Shown one piece after another: positions 58,147 through 64,000 of a stretch of 64,000 nt of DNA (position 1 is the first letter of the stretch; each line of letters starts with the position of its first letter). The stretch is from Lama glama (taxonomy: Eukaryota): positions 91,576,001 through 91,640,000 of the forward strand of contig CM052817.1 in the NCBI GenBank assembly GCA_028534125.1. Direction: 5' to 3'. The notes below the pieces were generated by a model. The model searched no databases. It saw only the letters and a program-made list of their open reading frames with translations, and had not been told where the DNA came from. The position numbers were made by a program, and so were the translations under genes.

Positions 58147-59389
58147 CTGGAGGTATGATTTTTAGAGGTGTCCCAGGTGACCTTCCCTTATTTGAGGTGA
58201 CATGCTGCTTGGGTTCAAGTTGCTCAGTTTGTTTTTCTGGTGATGGTGGCTGAAGAGGAGGGTAGAAATTATGTCTGCTGCTGCTGCACTAGGCTTCATG
58301 GTGCCTGGTACAGTCTGGACACGTAGGTGTCCAGGAGATGTGTGCGGGCTTGTTGCCAGGGGGTGTTCTCTGCCATTGAGGGACCAATTCAACCAAGCCT
58401 ACCCAGAGCAGGTTGCTGAGAATGGCCATTTTGGGAGCAATTTACGTCTGACAGATGACTTTTGAGCTGTGGACATAGAAGAGGACAGAAAAATGCTTTT
58501 TGGAGAACTTCATTAAATTAAAAGCAATCCAATCTTAATCTGTAATTTTAAATAACCATTTTCTTTATTACTTTTAGAAGAAAAACACTCATTTTAGAGG
58601 TATTAGAAAGGTAGAATGTCAAAAAGAAGAAAGTAAAACTGACTTGAAACCCTAATAACCAATAGTAGCCTCTATAAACAATATGGTATATATCCTTTCA
58701 GACACTTTCTAAAAATAGATAAGCACAGACAAAATGGGCTTATAGGATACATAATATTCTGTGTTTTTTTCAGTTAACTCTATTCTTCAGCAGTATTTCA
58801 TGTTAGTTAACTAACCAATAGTATTCTCTGTTCTGTGTATTATGATTTAACATTTTTTATACTGTCATTCAAAATGGATCTGTGGGCAGTATTCTTAAAA
58901 TTAATAATAAAAATGTAAAAAAATCTGTAACCTGGGAATTTATCATGTATAGAAGTAAGCAGTCCTCTGCTTTCTGAGAGCGGTAGATAATGTATTTGCC
59001 TAGCAAAACAGCTGGAAAAACATAAACTAAAATGTTAACAGTAGGTATCTTGAGGTGATGTGATCTCAAGTATTTAATATTTTCTTTTTGCTCATTTAAA
59101 AAAGTTTCCTTATGGCTATTCTTAGCTTATATACTTATAAAATGCAGTTATTTAAAAAGAAACCCTACCAACTGGGGGCAAGTTTCTTTACTTTTCTAAG
59201 CTTTATTTTCTTTATGTGTCATATGGAAAATCTAGTAATTTCCACTCCATAGAGTGGTTGTGAGGATTCATCAAAGTAATGCAAGTAAAACACACTTTAA
59301 AGAATCCCAGGCACATGGTGAGTGCACAGCACCTACTGGCTGCCACCATCCCAACGATGTCTGCTCTTGCTTTCTCATGGAGTAGGAGA

Positions 59390-59950
59390 GTGGCCTTTCA
59401 AGTCAGTTCACATAAGCCATTGCCCTGCTTAGAGCCTCCCAGTGTTGTCCGTGTACTTAGGACCAGATCGAAACAGCTCACCCTGGTTGCAAGGCCCTGC
59501 AGGATCTGGTCCTTCACCAGCTTTGCAAGCAACTGTCACATTCGTTGCTACCCTCCAGCCACACTAATCCTTTTGTTCCTGGAATAAAATCAAGGTCTGT
59601 CCTACCACAGGGTCTTTGCATTCCCTGTTTCCTTTACCAGGAATTCTCTCCCCTAAATCTTCACATAGCTGGGTTTTGGTCTTAGTATAAAAGTCCTTCC
59701 TCAGGGAGGCCTTCCCAGCCATCCAACCAAAAGGAGCTGCCTGAGCACACCTCTCCTGTTTAATACTTCCTCTGTTCTGTTTTCATCATAGCATTTGCCA
59801 CTACATGTTCTTGTTTATTTGTATTATTCTGTTACCTAGCGTCAGTCTCCCATAGACCTTGTTTGTTTTGTCAGAGTTTCCCCTGGAACACTTAGAATGG
59901 TATCCAGCATGTCATAAATGCTCAATATATAGTTGTCAGATGATTTAATT
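59390..59950 (+). mobile_element. L2 LINE 3' fragment
   Basis: CAAGGCCCTGCAGGATCTGG..CAGGGTCTTTGCA..TCCTCAGGGAGGCCTTCC..TGCTCAATATATAGTTG. Confidence 0.75.
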
Positions 59951-60428
59951 AATCAGGTCAATTATCTCTGTCAAGTGAAGGAACAGTTTAATCACCTCCC
60001 ACCACCTTCTCCTCAGAGGGCTGGTGTTTTCCTAAAGAGGAAGAAGGCAGTCACATCACTTTGTTTCCAACCCCCTCTCCCAGTTAGAAAAGCCACTTAT
60101 TTCTTAGGAATTCTGACATGTGGCCAGAGTCATAGCTTTCCAATCCAGACTGAGACATTAAAAAGGGGGGGGGTGCTGTCCAGATTTGTAAAGATTTAGC
60201 TCTGATACAGGAGGCTGGACAAGCAGTCCCCACTCTACAAAGAGGTCGTGTCCCCAAGTTTTCTCTGTGTATGTTGTTTGTTTCCAACACAGAATGCATT
60301 TTTCACTGGGAACAATGTTCCCAGACTAGCCCACAAAAGCCTATTTAACCTACCATGCTCAGTAGGAAAAAAAAATGTGTTGAAAATCTAGGAAACAAAA
60401 CAGGGAAAAGGTACAAGAGACACAATTT

Positions 60429-61241
60429 TTTTTCTTCTTTTTATTGAAGTATAGTTGATTTACAATATTGTGTTAGTTTCAGGTACACAGCAAAGTGATT
60501 CAATATATATATACTTTTTCAGATTCTTTTCCATTATACGTTATTACAAGATATTGAATGTAGTTCTACAGTTAAACTTTGTTTATTTATTTCATATATA
60601 ACAGTGTGTATCCGTTAGTCCCAGACTCCTAATTTATATGCCTCCCCTTTCCCCTCCCCTTTGGTAACTGCAAGCTTATTTTCTATGTCTGTGAGTCTGT
60701 TTCTGTTCTGTGAATAAATTCATTTGTATTATTTTTTTAGATTCCACATATAAGTGATATTATACTTTTGTCTTTCTCTGATTTACTTCACTTAGCATGA
60801 TAATCTCTAGGTCCATCCCTGTGGCTGCAAATGGCATTTTTTCATTCTATTCTATGGCTGAGTAATATTCCATAGATTGGAGATTATACACACACACACC
60901 CCACATCTTCTTTATCCACTCATCTGCTAATAGACCTTTAGGTTGCTTTCATGTCTTGACTATCATAAATAGAGCTGCTATGAACATTGGGGAGCATGTA
61001 TCTTTTTCAATTAGAGTTTTTGTCTTTTCCAGATGTGTGCCCAGGAGTATAATTTCTGGTTCATATGGTAAGTCTATTTTTAGTTTTTTGAGGAATCTCC
61101 ATACTGTTTTCCATAGTGGTTGCACCAATTTGCATCTCCACCAACAGTGAAGGAGCTTTTCCTTTTCTCCACACCCTCTCCAGCATTTATTTGTAAGCTT
61201 TTTGATGATGGCCATTCTGACTGATACGGTTTTGATTTGCA
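60429..61241 (-). mobile_element. LINE-1 3' fragment
   Basis: ORF2 peptide [39 protein letters not shown]-like AAGA(G/A)A(C/T)ACAATTT flanks. Confidence 0.94.
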
Positions 61242-61884
61242 AAGAAATACAATTTAAACATTTATCTTAATACTAGTGCTTGAGGAATAGCAGTTTCAGA
61301 CGAAGGAGGAGGCAGTAGGGTCAGGGCTGTGGAGGATTCGGAGAGCCGGGGGGAAGCCCAGCTGTCGTGGCCCAGCCCCCTGCGTCTGATAGGTCAAGGC
61401 CACCGATAAAAGCCAGGTCTCCTAGGCACCAGCAGGTCTGAGTCTGTCTGAGGAAGCCTTCTTGCAGGTCTGCGTGCAACAGCGTGGGTGGGGCTGTCAC
61501 CAACTCTTCTACCTGCTGAACTCTAGAGGCTAGAATCAACATGTGAGAATTCTTCCATAAAACCAAGATCCAGGTGTAATACTGGTGGCTTATGAGCTTT
61601 CTTAGGAAATTTCCATTTGAGTTATCTAAGTATAAACATGACAATACAGCTTAAAAAAATAATAGGTTCAGTTTTGGTTTCGTCATTGAAAATCTTCATT
61701 TTATCATTGAAATTACCACAAGGCAATTTCAGGCATGTCCTCTCTGTATCTGATCTTCATACTGCCTCCTTGAGGCCAAAGCTTTCACTGCCTAAAAGTT
61801 AGACCTCTGAAAGCAGGGGGAGCGCTGATGGGCATTCTTCTAAAATTTCTTGTGTTACTTTATATAAGAAAGTGTTCCATTTGG

Positions 61885-62030
61885 TGAGGGGTGGGTATAG
61901 GTCAGTGGCAGAGTGCATGATTTTCATGCACAAGGTCCTGGGTTCAATCCCCAGTACCTCCATTTAAAATAAATAAATAAATCTAATTATCTCTCTGCCA
62001 CCACCTCCCCCCAAAAAAGTTTAAAGAAAA
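61885..62030 (+). mobile_element. tRNA-Ala-derived SINE (Vic-1 type, long tail)
   Basis: Perfect 19-bp TSD AAGAAAGTGTTCCATTTGG at 61866-61884 and 62031-62049. Confidence 0.93.
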
Positions 62031-62750
62031 AAGAAAGTGTTCCATTTGGGAAAGACCCATTAACCTGAAACAACTCCAGTCAACACTGATTCTGGAAGTT
62101 TGTTAGGGAGCATCTCCAAGACCAAACCTTCTCACTCTGAAGTGGCTCCGGTTCATCAGCTGTGAAGTGAAAATAGTCACACTTCTTACATCACTGATTT
62201 TATCACCTCTGTTATGAATATATAGACTCAATTACTGATGAAGTTATACTAATAGAAGCAGGGGCTTATCCCTGCTTATTTGATTTAAATCTCAGATGGC
62301 AATTTTAAAACCACTTTGCATTTTACTTAATGTATTTTGATATTTACCGAAGTGTAGGTATCCGGCATACAATTTTACTTGAAACAACATAAAGAGACTA
62401 GGCCATTAATATTGGCATCAATAGTTGAGGAATTGCTTTGGTTTCCTTTTCTAGGTTTAGTTCTGCATGGAGGCTATAGTATGGGACGTGGGGGGCTTTG
62501 GGGTCAGATAGCCCCAGATCCAGTCCAAGTTCCACTCGTTTTTAGTTGTCTGATCTTTGCAAATTTCTTAATCGTACTTGGTCACACCTGTCTCTTTTCT
62601 AAACTGGGGATGACAATAAAATAAATGTGGGGATGATAAACCCACTACATTGGTTATTGAGAGGATTAAAAATGATCATGCATTTAAAACCCAGCAGCAG
62701 ATCGTGGGCGTTATTATTGTTGTGATTATTTTAAAATCTAGCTTGGTAAT

Positions 62751-63209
62751 TGCATTAGTTTCCTAGAGTCGCTGTAACAAAGTACCATAAAATGAGCGGC
62801 TTAAAGTAACATGAATATATTGTCTTGCTGTTCTAGAAGCTAGAAGTCCCAAATCAGGTGTCAACAGGGCCCACGCTCCCTCTGAAACGTGTAGGGGAAC
62901 CCTTCTTTGTCCCTTCCTAGCTTCCAGTGTTTGCCAGCAATCCTTACCTTGTAGGTATACCCCTTCAGCCACATGACATTTTCTCCACCCGTGTCTTCCC
63001 ATGGTCTTTCCTGTGTGCATGTCTGTCTCCATGTGTAAATTTCCCCTCTTGTAAGGACCCAGTCAATACTAGATTAGGGCCCCCACTCATACCTTATTTT
63101 AACCTGACTTCTGCAAACATCCTGTTTCCAGCGTCACATTCTTATGTCCTGGAATTTGCACTTCAACATACCTTTTTTTGGCAGGGGAGATACAGTTCGA
63201 CCTATGACA
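62751..63209 (-). mobile_element. MLT1 (B/C-like) MaLR solo LTR
   Basis: TGCATTAGTTTCCTAG..GCTGTAACAAAGTACCA..TTCTAGAAGCTAGAAGTCC..CTTCAACAT..ACCTATGACA. Confidence 0.87.
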
Positions 63210-63285
63210 CTAATAGAAGTTCTTTCAAAAATTCTCCAAAGTAAGAACTAGTGTCTCACATTTTGCAATCTAAAATCTCTTCCCT

Positions 63286-63422
63286 GGTGGGGAGGGTTGT
63301 AGCTCTGTGGTAGAGCACGTGCTTAGCGTGCACCAGGTCCTGGGTTCAATCACCCATACCGCCATTAAAAATAAATAAATAAATGAATAAACCCAATTAC
63401 CTCTCCCCCCAAAAAATGAAAA
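63286..63422 (+). mobile_element. tRNA-Ala-derived SINE (Vic-1 type, long tail)
   Basis: Perfect 15-bp TSD TAAAATCTCTTCCCT at 63271-63285 and 63423-63437. Confidence 0.93.
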
Positions 63423-63884
63423 TAAAATCTCTTCCCTACAAGATGTTATTGTCACTGAGATTTTGCTCATCAAGGATGTTTGGATATAAAAACATAAACT
63501 CAAGTTTGTTCTGTTTGTCAATAATTTTGAAAGCAAGGAATGCACTCTGTTTAAAGCGGGAGGCATTCTTTCCAGCAAGATTCTGTCAAGTATGCGTTAC
63601 GGGACCCTATTCACTGCCTTTCATCCAGACAAGCAAGAGCCAAACGCCATTTTCTCTTGGGTGGTGGCCAACCCCCTCCCTGGGTCTTGATTTCAAATGG
63701 TCCTCCAAACCCATCCTTCTGGTCTCTAGTCTGTAGTAAAGACCAGTGTCTGTGTTTTATGTAGTATTTGGGATGTACTTGGCAATGCTAGGAACGTGGG
63801 GATGCTGTCAAGTTACCCTTGATGGACTAAGGGAAAATATCATAGGTTCTTAGAGTTGGAAAGTCTCTTAGATATCATCTCGTT

Positions 63885-64000
63885 CAGTGATTCCCAAATC
63901 TGGATGTGGGCGGGATCACTCAGGGAACTTTTAAACATAGTGATTCCTAGGCTTTATCTGAGAGACTCAAGCAGAGTGGCAAGGTAGATCTGGACTTTTA
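63885..64000. mobile_element. MER5-like hAT relic (may continue past the window edge)
   Basis: CAGTGATTCCCAAA..ATCACTCAGGGAACTTTTAAA..GATTCCTAGGC. Confidence 0.55.

Noticed and set aside
58315..58334. Perfect 8-bp hairpin CTGGACAC-GTAG-GTGTCCAG
   Set aside because: Stems this short are expected by chance in 64 kb and there is no supporting context.

Overview
This is mammalian genomic DNA, probably camelid (alpaca, llama or camel), inferred from eight short tRNA-Ala-derived Vic-1-type SINEs; I saw no Alu, Bov or PRE SINEs. It contains one complete protein-coding gene, SETD7 (SET7/9 lysine monomethyltransferase), on the minus strand. The 8 coding exons (40+130+202+190+82+118+158+181 = 1101 nt, 366 aa) are joined by GT-AG introns with matching phases. 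The gene has a CpG-island promoter at about 49.4-51.5 kb and a probable 5.5 kb 3' UTR ending near 5955. The rest is intronic or intergenic sequence with L1, L2, MIR, MaLR/ERV LTR and hAT relics. I found no convincing novel multi-gene system. The most notable structures are: (1) a processed FTH1 pseudogene whose target-site duplication (TSD) begins 7 nt into intron 2 and which is split by a solo LTR; (2) an unexplained 80-105 bp inverted repeat in intron 4; (3) a head-to-head L1 pair in intron 7 that could form long dsRNA; (4) a SINE inserted at the exon-7 branch point. Repeat family names and comparisons with human sequences come from memory, not database searches, and repeat boundaries are approximate unless a TSD is given.
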